Assembly (NCBI GenBank): GCA_041391365.1
Contig: JAWKOC010000004.1
Span: 82,804-146,803 of the forward strand
Origin: Bdellovibrionota bacterium
GTDB lineage: Bacteria; Bdellovibrionota_G; JALEGL01; JAGRMV01
DNA: 64,000 nt
Reading direction: 5' to 3'
Shown here: in pieces, positions 48,001-57,301 of the stretch
Layout of the letters: every line of letters begins with the position of its first letter
Numbering within the stretch: position 1 is the stretch's first letter
Made by a program: the position numbers and the translations under genes
Notes under the pieces: generated by a model
Told to the model about the DNA's origin: nothing
Seen by the model: only the letters and a program-made list of their open reading frames with translations
The model's database searches: none

Positions 48001-49250
48001 TTGCTGTAAAGCCCAGTGGTCGCAGGAAGAGTCACTTGATAAATGAGATTGTACACCGTTGGAGTCAGAGCATTGCTGGCAGCTGGAATGGTGAAGATTC
48101 GGTTCCACGAAAGAAACTGATTGAATCCACCACTGATTGTGGGGTCATCAATTGAAACCTCAGCCCCAGGGGCTCCATATTTGGCACTTCCGAGCACATA
48201 AGCTCCAACATCCGGACTTACGGGAAGAGTGTCTTGAATGGAGTCGAGCGACATATCTCCTGAGTAGCCATTGATGGTATCGTCTGGGTTGGGGTTGGTG
48301 ATTGACACCGTATATTCGATGGTTCCACCGGTTGCGGGAAGAGAGGAAACATCTGATGATTTGCTCATCGTCAGATTGTTGATCACCTGAGGAATGGGAA
48401 TGATGCTCGTGGGATAGGTTCCCGTGTATTTGATAATGCCCCCCGAGGCGATGTATCCCGAAGGCCAAACTTCGGTTTGTGTTGAAATGGTGGCTTCCAA
48501 TCGGAATTTGTATGTCACTACATAGGTGGAACTGGAGAAGGGAAGAGGGGTTGGAATTTTCAAATAGTCATCGTACGTATAAATGGTTCCACCGTCATTG
48601 AACTCAAACGCTACATTATACAATCGGAATAAATAGGCTGGCCAATCCGGAGCAAAAGCTGGGGTGAAATATGTTTTCCCCGCATTTCCCCCACTGGAAG
48701 CGATGGTACCGGTTTGCCCCGATACGATGACCTCCAAAATTCCTCCGAGGGTTGGTGGATTGGGTCCATTGACGACCGTGATGACTTTGTTGGCGGAAGC
48801 CGACTGTGCATCGGAGGCGTTGAGCAAAAAGATCGAGGTGTATATGGCTGTACTCGAACCTGAAGGAGGTTCGTCAAAGATTTTGATTTGATGGGATTCA
48901 GCAAGGACCGTGTCTGCGGTGGTACAAAGGTAAAAATAAATGTACTTTCGGTCTCCAACATTCATGGGGCCAACATGGTAAGAGTCGCTTTCGTCTCCTG
49001 CGAGTTCAATGACGGCGACGGGGGAAAAGCCGTCGATTTTTACCCAGATGTCGGGCTCGTTGCTGCCAGCGTCGTGATAAATTTCATACGCAACATATCC
49101 ACAGTTCTGAGCCGGGTCAGGTGCTGTTGGAGCCGTGATTTCATAATACAATGTGTCTCCCGATCGCCTGGAAATGGTCCAGGCCATGGCATCGGAAAAG
49201 AAAAAGACGCACGCAAGAGTCACCAAGAAAGAAGCGATTTTATGATTCAT
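45023..49250 (-). pseudogene. Giant DUF11-repeat (TIGR01451-type) surface protein gene; reading frame broken repeatedly inside its tandem repeats (true decay or assembly artefact)
   Basis: The intact N-terminal ORF 47055..49250 (731 aa) has the signal peptide MNHKIASFLVTLACVFFFSDAMA. It is followed by fragments in other frames (47012..47260, 46249..46506, 45697..46188, 45306..45869, 45023..45535) that all encode the same repeat ...TKSVSPTGAVNVGTNLIYTIGVSNSGQQTATNLAI.DACPSGTS... The C-terminal fragment ends with DSDGDGINDQEE and a sorting-signal-like tail. Confidence 0.7.
45627..47902 (-). repeat. About six tandem copies of a 381-bp (127-codon) repeat, >95% identical by eye
   Basis: The marker GTTAGCGTGAGG recurs at 45751, 46130, 46514, 46895, 47278 and 47659. 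The periods are 379, 384, 381, 383 and 381 bp. Confidence 0.9.
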
Positions 49251-49291
49251 AGATTTGGAATTCGGTTAAGGAGATTCCATTATAACGTAAA

Positions 49292-49320
49292 ATCCTAGGA
49301 ATATTCTAGGATCTTTTTTT
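49292..49320. terminator. Hairpin with flanking T/A tracts downstream of ubiB
   Basis: ATCCTAG-GAATATT-CTAGGAT (7-bp stem) is followed by CTTTTTTT on the + strand. On the minus strand it is followed by TTTTAC, so it is a possible terminator for ubiB. Confidence 0.45.
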
Positions 49321-49341
49321 GTTTGTTTTGGAGGGAAAGCG

Positions 49342-51051
49342 TCAGAGTTTTTTCGAACGGATCATCGAGATGATCAAACCTAATCCGAAGACTCCGGCCA
49401 AAATGTAGCCTGCAATCCCAATGACAGGAATGGTAAAATACTTGGGCCCTTTGTCCGTAAAGGTCAAAATCGAAGATCCAATGATGAGGCCAGCAATGAT
49501 CAACGAAAACGCCAATCGATTGGAGGCTCGATCAAGCTCATTGATCAAGTGTGACAGATCATCGATGCTCAAACCGATTTTGATTTCGTTGTGGGAAAAT
49601 TTTTTGAGGACATAACGAAACTGTGAGGGCAACTCTTTCATCAAGCGATTCACGTCTTTGAAATTCCAAAAAATTTCCTGGCCCATGCGCTGCGGAGAAA
49701 AGTTTTTTTGAGAGAATTTTTGGGCGTAAGAACCGCTCTCTTTGAGCAAATCAAACTCAGGATGAAGTTGATGGATCATGTTCTCAACCGCAAGGACAAC
49801 TCGCCCCACCAAAATCAAATCCCGAGGTAAATCGATGTTGTATTGACGTGCGATGTGAGCGGCTTGCGCCAAGGTTTTGCCAAGGTTGATTTGGGAAAGA
49901 CTTTGCTGATGCAAAGGTTTGAGTTGTTTTTCTAGGTCATCTGCAAATTTCTCGAAATCGACCGGATAGGCTCCTTGGCTGAGTTCTACGTATTCTCGTG
50001 CTAGGGAGTAGTAGTCGTGAGAGCAAAGCGCAATGAACAGGTGAGCAAGAGAACGTTGTGCATTGGAGCCAAGCTTTCCGATCTCTCCAAAATCCAAGAA
50101 TGCAATTTTGTCTTCGGAAAGAACCATGAGATTGCCTTCGTGAAGATCGGTATGGAAAAATCCGTCCATGAAAATCTGCTGAAAAAACGCATCAGTTCCG
50201 ATTCGACAGATCTTTTTCAGATCCAAGCCTTTTCGTTTGAGTTGATCCAGGTTTGTCAGGCTTGTGCCTTCGATTCTTTCCAAGGTCAGAATGCGTTTGG
50301 AACTGAATTCCCAATACACCTCGGGAATCAGAACTTGCGGATTGTTTTCGAAATTTTTTGAGATGATTTGTGTGTTTTTGGCTTCTTCAATGAAGTCTAC
50401 GGCGTCTCTCATCAAGGTGGAAAATTCGTTCACGATTTCCACCGGTTTCATGGATGAAAAATCTGGAGATGATTTTTCTGCAAGTTTGGCAAAGTAATAC
50501 AAAATGGAAAGATCGGTTTCGATCAATTGTGTGACCCGAGGTTTTTGAACCTTGACCACAACGTTTCGTCCATCGTGGAGAGTGGCCCCGTGGACCTGTG
50601 AGATGCTCGCCGAGGCAATCGGTTTTTCATCAAAATGCAAAAACAGATTTTCCATGCCGCTTTCAAATTCGTTTTCTACAGTTTTTTTGATGATGGAAAA
50701 GTCGATCGACTCAACTCGGTCTTTGAGTCGATGAAAGGCTTTTGCCGCTTTGTATCCTACAACATCTGGGCGCGTGGAAAGCATTTGACCCAGTTTGATG
50801 AAGGTTGGACCAAGCTCCTCAAAGGCCAAACAAATCCGCTGTTCTTTGGAAAGTTTAGTGTTTTTGGGATGCTGAGGACGATAGAAGGGAACCAGTTTGG
50901 CCAACCCCATCTCTTCAATGATTTGAAAAAATCCATGCTTGGCAAACACCAAAAGAATCTTTCTCATTCGCTTGATGTTTTTGTAAGTCTGGTTGATTTG
51001 AGGCCAGACCGCAATTTTGGACAAAGGCTGCTGTTGAGAAGGGATTTTCAT
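49342..51051 (-). CDS. ubiB: UbiB/ABC1-family atypical kinase (ubiquinone biosynthesis regulator type)
   Basis: 569-aa ORF with the ABC1 motifs FIKLGQMLSTRPD, PIASASISQVHGA, VVKVQKP and FFHTDLHEGNL, plus two C-terminal TM helices. Confidence 0.85.
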   Translation of the reverse strand: MKIPSQQQPLSKIAVWPQINQTYKNIKRMRKILLVFAKHGFFQIIEEMGLAKLVPFYRPQHPKNTKLSKEQRICLAFEELGPTFIKLGQMLSTRPDVVGYKAAKAFHRLKDRVESIDFSIIKKTVENEFESGMENLFLHFDEKPIASASISQVHGATLHDGRNVVVKVQKPRVTQLIETDLSILYYFAKLAEKSSPDFSSMKPVEIVNEFSTLMRDAVDFIEEAKNTQIISKNFENNPQVLIPEVYWEFSSKRILTLERIEGTSLTNLDQLKRKGLDLKKICRIGTDAFFQQIFMDGFFHTDLHEGNLMVLSEDKIAFLDFGEIGKLGSNAQRSLAHLFIALCSHDYYSLAREYVELSQGAYPVDFEKFADDLEKQLKPLHQQSLSQINLGKTLAQAAHIARQYNIDLPRDLILVGRVVLAVENMIHQLHPEFDLLKESGSYAQKFSQKNFSPQRMGQEIFWNFKDVNRLMKELPSQFRYVLKKFSHNEIKIGLSIDDLSHLINELDRASNRLAFSLIIAGLIIGSSILTFTDKGPKYFTIPVIGIAGYILAGVFGLGLIISMIRSKKL

Positions 51052-51145
51052 AAATTCAACATGTTCTAACCCAAAAGTACCAATCGAGCCAGGCGTTTTT
51101 TAAAATGGCATTGTCCAAGTGTATAGATAGCCTTGGTTCGAAAAA

Positions 51146-52303
51146 TTAGATCGGTTTGAGGGCTTTCTTGTGAATCGTTTTGTATCCAAAAAATGTGGTT
51201 GCTGCTGCGACAATAAGCAGAGCCCCTCCTAGAATAGGGCGATAGGCAATCCAAGCAACGGCGATCGTTACAAAACTCAATGCGATAGCGACCAGTCCCG
51301 CAATGAGAGCGATTCCCGCACCCAATAGGTTTCCTATCAATGGTACGATGTCTCCAAGTACTTTTACGGGTCCCAGCATCAGTATCAACCCAATCCACAT
51401 CATTGCACAGCCCCCCAATCGGATGAGCCAGGTAAATAACGTATTTTCCTGTTCTGCTTTTGCAAACATAGAGTCTGCCGTGACATTGCCATACTGCAAA
51501 AGATCAATTTGGCCGTTCTTTGTGGTGTAACTTGTAAGGTTAGCACCTCTTTGCTGACCAATTGCACTCACTACGCTAGGAGTGATAATTTTGTATTGGA
51601 TTTGCAAGTCACCGATTTCGGGTTCATTTGAATCTTTTCCAGAGTAGTACATTCCGTTTTCCAGCTTGAAATTGGCTTTGACTGCATCATCTGCATTTTG
51701 GAAGTTTTCTTCAGATAAAGGATATGAGTTGAATTGATCTATTTTGCTTATGAAGGGACTCGTTAGGGAAAAAGCTCCCATTTGGACTTGTTGTGCAGTC
51801 CAGGTTTGGCTTTTGTAGGGCATTGCATTGGGATTTTTATGTCCTTCGGGTTTTTTGAAGTCAGAAGATTTGATCTGTTTTTCCGACCATACTTTTTTAT
51901 ACGTATACACGGTGGTTGTCTCTTCGCTTCCCCCGAGTTTTTTTTCGGTCTTTTTCTCTGAGCTTTGCTCCCATTGATACATCTCTACAACTCTGCGAAG
52001 TTTTAGAGCGTTTTGTTCAATACCAAAATAAGCGTCTTTTAACGTTTCGTCTGTATTGGCTAGCCCAGAACTATGCACCAATTTATTTTCATTGGTTGGA
52101 TCTACGTTTTGAGAGTCGACACTAACAACCAAATCTCGTCCTTCAGCCAGGGTTTTGATTCGACGAACGGATCGACCTTCATTCCAGGAGAGCAAAAAGA
52201 ATGAACCGATAAACAATCCAATCCCAAAGATAATCCCAACAAAAGCGCCCGCAATACGCTTGCCCCAAGATGTAACACTGGTTTCGCTAAATTGATCGGC
52301 CAT
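51146..52303 (-). CDS. TMEM43 (DUF1625)-family membrane protein
   Basis: 385-aa ORF. The N-terminal SWGKRIAGAFVGIIFGIGLFIGSFFLLSWNEGRSV, and later MYQWEQ with a cluster of C-terminal TM helices, match the bacterial TMEM43-like family layout. Confidence 0.7.
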   Translation of the reverse strand: MADQFSETSVTSWGKRIAGAFVGIIFGIGLFIGSFFLLSWNEGRSVRRIKTLAEGRDLVVSVDSQNVDPTNENKLVHSSGLANTDETLKDAYFGIEQNALKLRRVVEMYQWEQSSEKKTEKKLGGSEETTTVYTYKKVWSEKQIKSSDFKKPEGHKNPNAMPYKSQTWTAQQVQMGAFSLTSPFISKIDQFNSYPLSEENFQNADDAVKANFKLENGMYYSGKDSNEPEIGDLQIQYKIITPSVVSAIGQQRGANLTSYTTKNGQIDLLQYGNVTADSMFAKAEQENTLFTWLIRLGGCAMMWIGLILMLGPVKVLGDIVPLIGNLLGAGIALIAGLVAIALSFVTIAVAWIAYRPILGGALLIVAAATTFFGYKTIHKKALKPI

Positions 52304-52457
52304 GGATATTCTCCTGAATTTCTATGCTGCTGGAATTTATTGAAAAGATAGCAAGGAAATCCAATCGTTCAAAGAACTAAATAAAAGCACTGCTCCATCA
52401 TTGCCCGTTTTCTTGGTTCTCGCTCGGTCGGCCCCATAAAACGAACAAGATTTTTAG

Positions 52458-52555
52458 TATACCCGATTGGGTATATTTCACGTGTTTAGTATATTTTTAT
52501 ACCATATCGGGTATAAAAATATAAAATATGGAATATTTATACCTGATCAGGTATA
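52458..52555. promoter_or_regulatory. Three 18-bp palindromic operator-like sites TATACC-N6-GGTATA, spaced exactly 40 bp apart, upstream of and overlapping the hipB start
   Basis: The sites are 52458-52475 TATACCCGATTGGGTATA, 52498-52515 TATACCATATCGGGTATA and 52538-52555 TATACCTGATCAGGTATA (perfect). The right half-sites run into TATA(T/A)(T/A) -10-like hexamers, e.g. TATAAT at 52552-52557. Confidence 0.75.
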
Positions 52556-52779
52556 ATAAGCCTGTGCTGGATCAATTTGTCAAAAAAAGGCGAAAGGAAC
52601 TCGGGTTGAGTCAAATCGAGCTGGCTGATCGGGCAGGGTTGGGTCTTCGATTTATTCGAGACGTTGAGCAAAAAAAGCCAACCCTTCGCATGGATAAGGT
52701 CAATCAACTGTTGCAACTTTTTGGGCACGAACTGGGTCCAATTCCAATGGATCGAAATAAAAAGGGTTCTGGATCATGA
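52528..52779 (+). CDS. hipB: XRE-family helix-turn-helix protein, HipB-like
   Basis: 83-aa ORF with KKRRKELGLSQIELADRAGLGLRFIRDVEQKKPTLRMDKVNQLL. Its stop overlaps the next start (ATGA). An alternative start is the GTG at 52564, because the ATG at 52528 lies between operators 2 and 3. Confidence 0.8.
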   Translation: MEYLYLIRYNKPVLDQFVKKRRKELGLSQIELADRAGLGLRFIRDVEQKKPTLRMDKVNQLLQLFGHELGPIPMDRNKKGSGS

Positions 52780-53102
52780 GGAGTGGAAAAGTTTTTGTAT
52801 CCAATCAATTTGCGGGGCGTATTTATGAGTCTGACGAAGGTTTTATTTTTGCCTATGATCAAAATTATTTACGCATAGAAAATGCGACACCTGTCAGTTT
52901 GACAATGCCCCTACAATCTGACGAATACAAAAGCAAAACAATGTTTCCATTTTTTGACGGATTGATTCCAGAGGGATGGCTCCTAAGCATCACGCAGAAA
53001 CATTGGAAAATTCAATCGAATGATCGAATGGCTTTGCTTCTTACCGTCTGTCGAGACTGTATTGGGAATGTTCATATAGAAAATGAGGAAGAAAATATAT
53101 GA
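52776..53102 (+). CDS. hipS: HipS-like protein (stand-alone HipA N-terminal subdomain, 'couple_hipA')
   Basis: 108-aa ORF: VFVSNQFAGRIYESDEGFIFAYDQNY...PVSLTMPLQ...MFPFFDGLIPEGW...CRDCIGNVHI. It is collinear with the first ~100 aa of E. coli HipA. It has 4-nt overlaps with both neighbours. Confidence 0.8.
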   Translation: MRSGKVFVSNQFAGRIYESDEGFIFAYDQNYLRIENATPVSLTMPLQSDEYKSKTMFPFFDGLIPEGWLLSITQKHWKIQSNDRMALLLTVCRDCIGNVHIENEEENI

Positions 53103-54064
53103 GTAAACATTCCTCTCATAAATGCAGAGTTTGTTGTGAATCAACTCGATTAGCGATCGATAGCAACTACCATGAGAAATGTGTAGAAAAATTATTTGGA
53201 ACGGTTGCAGTACCTGAAATTGATTTTACCATGGAAAATATGGAAGAACTTGCGAAGCAGGAAATAAATCAAAGAGTCGTTATTACGGGTGTACAACCCA
53301 AACTTTCCATGGATTTTGAAAGTCTTGAAGGGAAAAACAAAAATAATCGATTGACGGTGGTTGGGCTTTGGGGAAGATTTATTTTAAAACCACCCCACAA
53401 AGATTATCCGCAAATGCCAGCATTGGAGCACATTACAATGCGCATGGCCCAGATGATGGGGATACAAACTGCGGAAAATGGCCTGATTCAATTTGAATCA
53501 GGAGAATTGGCCTATGTTGCTCGAAGATTCGATCGACCAGACAAAAATAGTAAATTAGCTCAAGAGGATTTTTGTCAACTTAGTCAGCAGTTAACAGAGC
53601 ACAAGTATCGAGGCTCAATGGAGAAAGCGGGAAACATTATTTCCGAATATAGTTCAAATCCCGGATTTGATTTGATCAGATTTTGTGAGCTAGCACTTTT
53701 TTCGTTTCTGACAGGCAATGCCGATATGCATTTGAAAAACTTTTCACTTCTTACAAACACGCAAGGGTTGACGGTGCTTTCTCCGGGGTACGATCTCATT
53801 TCTACAGCTTTGATTATTCCACAAGACAAAGAAGAAATGGCACTCACCATAAATGGCAAAAAAAGTAAATTGGTCAAAAATGATTTTGACATGCTCTTTC
53901 AGTATTTCGAGTTACCAGAAAAAGCGATTCACAATCTATATGCACGTATGGAAAAAGAAATTCCAAAGTGGATCCAACTCATTAAGAAAAGTTTTTTATC
54001 GAAACAGATGCAAGAACAATATATTCATATAATACACACCAGAGCAAAAAGAATCTTTTTTTAG
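53099..54064 (+). CDS. hipT: HipT-like Ser/Thr kinase toxin (HipA kinase core lacking N-subdomain 1)
   Basis: 321-aa ORF with the Gly-rich loop VITGVQPKLS, FILKPP, the catalytic GNADMHLKNFSLL, and LSPGYDLIST. An N-terminal Cys/His cluster reads CRVCCES...YHEKC. Confidence 0.8.
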   Translation: MSKHSSHKCRVCCESTRLAIDSNYHEKCVEKLFGTVAVPEIDFTMENMEELAKQEINQRVVITGVQPKLSMDFESLEGKNKNNRLTVVGLWGRFILKPPHKDYPQMPALEHITMRMAQMMGIQTAENGLIQFESGELAYVARRFDRPDKNSKLAQEDFCQLSQQLTEHKYRGSMEKAGNIISEYSSNPGFDLIRFCELALFSFLTGNADMHLKNFSLLTNTQGLTVLSPGYDLISTALIIPQDKEEMALTINGKKSKLVKNDFDMLFQYFELPEKAIHNLYARMEKEIPKWIQLIKKSFLSKQMQEQYIHIIHTRAKRIFF

Positions 54065-54228
54065 AATATGGCACAGACCCAAGTATGTATCTCGATAAAG
54101 TTTTACTTTTTGTTAGAAGCGATACAGTGTTTTATATGTTCATGAAAAAAAATGATTCATAAGGCTCCAGAGGATGGTGAGCTGATTGTTACCCCGAAAA
54201 ACAAACGTCGCTATGACGGAGCAAAAGC

Positions 54229-54320
54229 TGGCGGAGAGAGGGGGATTCGAACCCCCGATACGGTTTAACCCGTATACCCGCGTTCCAGGCGAGCGCCTTC
54301 AACCACTCGGCCACCTCTCC
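54229..54320 (-). tRNA. tRNA-Ser (anticodon GGA), class II with long variable arm, CCA encoded
   Basis: The reverse complement reads GGAGAGGTGGCCGAGTGGTTGAAGGCGCTCGCCTGGAACGCGGGTATACGGGTTAAACCGTATCGGGGGTTCGAATCCCCCTCTCTCCGCCA. Anticodon stem CTCGC/GCGGG, loop CTGGAAC, T-arm GGGGG-TTCGAAT-CCCCC. Confidence 0.95.
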
Positions 54321-54393
54321 GTTTTGTTCTGATCTTTCGTTTCTATGGTTGATTCTGTGGGAAACGAAAAAAACTCCGACTACCTACGCCGAT

Positions 54394-55401
54394 CTACACC
54401 AAATGACAAGAAACTTTGTGCCCAGGTCCAAGATCCCGAAGCACAGGAATTTCCTGCGAGCATCGGCTTTCGGCAATGGGGCATCGCGTATGGAATGCAC
54501 ACCCACTGGGAGGGTTGATGGGACTTGGTACGTCCCCTTGAAGCACAATGTGTTTTCTGCTTTTTTCTACGTCCGGATCTGGGATTGGAATCGCCGAAAT
54601 CAGGGCCTTGGTATAGGGATGTTTTGGGTTTTTGATGATGGTTTCTTGATCTGAAATCTCAACAATTTTGCCCAAATACATCACAGCAATGCGATCACTG
54701 ATGTGTCGAACAGCTGCAAGATCGTGTGCGATGAAAATGTAGGTAAGATTGAATTCATCTTGAAGGCGTTCCAGCAGATTCAAAATCTGAGCTTGAATGG
54801 AAACGTCCAGCGCGCTGATAGGTTCATCTGCGACAATGATTTTGGGATTGAGAGCCAAAGCCCGTGCGATCCCAATCCGCTGGCACTGCCCACCGGAAAA
54901 TTCGTGAGGATAGCGTCGAATGTATCGAGGATCCATTCCCACGATTTCCAACAAGTTTTGAACTTTTTCTCTCAAGGGCCGACCGCTGAGGATGCCAAAG
55001 TTTTTCAAGGGTTCGCCTACGATGTCTTCCACCGTCATGCGAGGGTTCAAACTTGAATAAGGATCCTGAAAAATCATCTGCATGTCTTGGCGCATTTTGC
55101 GCATGATTTCCGATGGACTCCACACTCCAAAGACACCAAATCGTTGTTTCCATAGACCGGTCAGATCTTGTCCCTCGAAGAGGACTTGTCCAGCGGTTGG
55201 TCGAATCAACTGCAACATGGCTCGGCCCAAGGTGGATTTTCCGCAACCACTTTCTCCGACGAGACCGAGGGTTTCCCCTGCTTTGATGTCGAGTGTGATG
55301 CCATCGACCGCTTTGACCACAGATCGTTTTTCCAGCATCTTTTTGGGAAGAGGAAAATGAACTTTGAGATCTTTGATTTGCAATAGGGTTTCGTGGCTCA
55401 T
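54394..55401 (-). CDS. oppF: Peptide ABC transporter ATP-binding protein (OppF/DppF type)
   Basis: The Walker A motif is GESGCGKST, the signature is FSGGQCQRIGIARAL, and the Walker B motif is IIVADEPISALD. A C-terminal oligopeptide-type extension with Cys residues is present. The start MSHETLL overlaps the oppD stop by ATGA. Confidence 0.85.
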   Translation of the reverse strand: MSHETLLQIKDLKVHFPLPKKMLEKRSVVKAVDGITLDIKAGETLGLVGESGCGKSTLGRAMLQLIRPTAGQVLFEGQDLTGLWKQRFGVFGVWSPSEIMRKMRQDMQMIFQDPYSSLNPRMTVEDIVGEPLKNFGILSGRPLREKVQNLLEIVGMDPRYIRRYPHEFSGGQCQRIGIARALALNPKIIVADEPISALDVSIQAQILNLLERLQDEFNLTYIFIAHDLAAVRHISDRIAVMYLGKIVEISDQETIIKNPKHPYTKALISAIPIPDPDVEKSRKHIVLQGDVPSPINPPSGCAFHTRCPIAESRCSQEIPVLRDLGPGHKVSCHLV

Positions 55402-56369
55402 GCGCTTACCTCCCAGCACGAAGCATTGTGAGTTGGATCAAAGGTGACGACATCGGGATAAGTCTGTTTGCATTTGTCCACGGCTTTGGGGCAACGTGGG
55501 TGAAACGAACATCCACCAGGCAAGTTGGATAGGTCAGGTGGCAGTCCTGGAATGGGATCCAGTTTTTTGCCTCGAACTTCGTCCAATCGCGGAATGCTTT
55601 TGAGAAGAGCATGGGTATATGGATGTTTGGGTTTTTGGAAGAGATCTTTGGTGGAAGCGCGCTCTACAATCCTTCCGGCATACATCACCAGAGATCGCTC
55701 GGCCATGCCGGCCACTACACCCAAATCGTGGGTGATCAATATGATGCTGGTTCCATATTCTCGGTTGAGCTCTTTCATCAGGTCCAAGATCTGCGCTTGG
55801 ATGGTCACATCCAATGCGGTGGTAGGCTCGTCAGCCAAGAGAAGCTTGGGTCTGCAGAGCAGGGCCATGGCGATCATCACCCGCTGTCTCATTCCACCTG
55901 AAAATTGGTGAGGGTATTGAGTGATACGTCGATCCGGAGAAGGAATGCCCACTCGAGCCAACATGTCGATGGCTTTTTTGCGAGCTTGGTCTGCCGTGAG
56001 GCCTTCATGCTCGATCAATACCTCGCACAACTGTGTTTCTACCGTGAGAAAAGGATTGAGCGAACTCATCGGATCTTGAAAAATCATCGAAATTTCATTT
56101 CCTCGAATCTTTCGCAGCTGTTCTTTGGTGGCTTTCATGATGTTTGTGCCTTTGAACACAATTTTGCCACTGGGATAATATGCAGGAGGTTGAGGATTCA
56201 AATCCATCAATCCCAAACAGGTTACGGATTTTCCGCTGCCACTCTCGCCAACGATCCCGAGAATTTCTCCTTGATTCAAGTCAAAGGAAAGTCCATCCAC
56301 TGCTTTGACGATGCTTTTTTCCAATTTAAAGTAGATCCGAAGATCATCCACACTGAGAAGTTTTTCCAT
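55398..56369 (-). CDS. oppD: Peptide ABC transporter ATP-binding protein (OppD/DppD type)
   Basis: 323-aa ORF with GESGSGKS, FSGGMRQRVMIAMAL and LLLADEPTTALD. Confidence 0.85.
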   Translation of the reverse strand: MEKLLSVDDLRIYFKLEKSIVKAVDGLSFDLNQGEILGIVGESGSGKSVTCLGLMDLNPQPPAYYPSGKIVFKGTNIMKATKEQLRKIRGNEISMIFQDPMSSLNPFLTVETQLCEVLIEHEGLTADQARKKAIDMLARVGIPSPDRRITQYPHQFSGGMRQRVMIAMALLCRPKLLLADEPTTALDVTIQAQILDLMKELNREYGTSIILITHDLGVVAGMAERSLVMYAGRIVERASTKDLFQKPKHPYTHALLKSIPRLDEVRGKKLDPIPGLPPDLSNLPGGCSFHPRCPKAVDKCKQTYPDVVTFDPTHNASCWEVSA

Positions 56370-56373
56370 GATC

Positions 56374-57300
56374 TTAATCCTTTCTCATTTTTGGATCGAG
56401 GGCATCACGGACACCATCCCCCAAGAAGTTCAGTGAAAACAACAGCAGCGACATGAAAATGCCAGGGAACACAATGGTCCACCAGTAGACAAGCATCTGA
56501 TTGGCTCCATCGTTCATCAGCGTGCCCAAACTGGGTTTGGGGGGTTGAATTCCCAAGCCCAAAAAGGACAAAAAGGCTTCTTGCAAAATCATGGTGGGTA
56601 CGGTCAAGGTAAAATACACAATCACTGGTCCCAACGTATTGGGGATCAAGTGACGGAAGATGATGTTGATGTTGCGTGTTCCGATGCTTCGTGCGGCTTG
56701 AATGAATTCTTGTTCTTTCAAACTCAATACTTGCCCTCGTACAATCCGTGCAGTGGTCAACCATCCAACCAATCCCAGCGCTACAAAGAGCAAAGATTCG
56801 CTTTTTTCAAAAATGGTCACCAAGATGATGACAAGAAACATGTAAGGAAGAGCGTAAAGTACGTCCACAAAACGCATCATGGAATCGTCTACTTTTCCAC
56901 CAAAAAAACCCGATACCGCACCATAGATGGTTCCCACAACCGCGGCCACCGTGGCTGCGATGAGTCCCACCTTTAGACTCACGCGCCCACCGACAAGCAC
57001 ACGTGTGAGCAAATCTCGCCCAAAAAAGTCCGTTCCAAAAAGATGGAAGGGGCGCAAGGTCGGGCCTTTGGCTCCATAGCTCAAGTCTTGAGCTTCATAT
57101 GTATATCCAAAGATCCATTCGATGAGATTTGGACCCAAAGCACACGCAATGATCAAAAAGACCACCACAAAACCGCAAACTACTGCGGCTTTGTTTTTTT
57201 TCAGTCGATTCCACGCATCTCTCCAGAGGGAGGTTCCTTCCAAAAGATTGGACTGAGCTGGAGTCGATGTTGTGTTGAGGTTTTGTGCTGGTGTTGCCAT
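56374..57300 (-). CDS. oppC: Peptide ABC transporter permease (OppC type)
   Basis: 308-aa polytopic ORF. It has the N-terminal oligopeptide-permease region and a binding-protein-dependent transport motif around EFIQAARSIGTRNINIIFRHLIPN. Confidence 0.85.
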   Translation of the reverse strand: MATPAQNLNTTSTPAQSNLLEGTSLWRDAWNRLKKNKAAVVCGFVVVFLIIACALGPNLIEWIFGYTYEAQDLSYGAKGPTLRPFHLFGTDFFGRDLLTRVLVGGRVSLKVGLIAATVAAVVGTIYGAVSGFFGGKVDDSMMRFVDVLYALPYMFLVIILVTIFEKSESLLFVALGLVGWLTTARIVRGQVLSLKEQEFIQAARSIGTRNINIIFRHLIPNTLGPVIVYFTLTVPTMILQEAFLSFLGLGIQPPKPSLGTLMNDGANQMLVYWWTIVFPGIFMSLLLFSLNFLGDGVRDALDPKMRKD

Positions 57301-57301
57301 A

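Noticed and set aside
52304-54228. hipBST locus as a tRNA-Ser-integrated genomic island
   Set aside because: The locus abuts the 3' end of the tRNA and is AT-rich. However, I found no integrase gene and no direct repeat of the tRNA 3' segment (GGATTCGAACCCCC...) near 52300-52450. Island status is unproven.
54330-54375. Hairpin TTTCGTTTC...GAAACGAAA between oppF and the tRNA as an oppF terminator
   Set aside because: On the oppF (minus) strand the T-run precedes rather than follows the stem, and on the + strand it is followed by an A-run. It is not a canonical intrinsic terminator in either direction.
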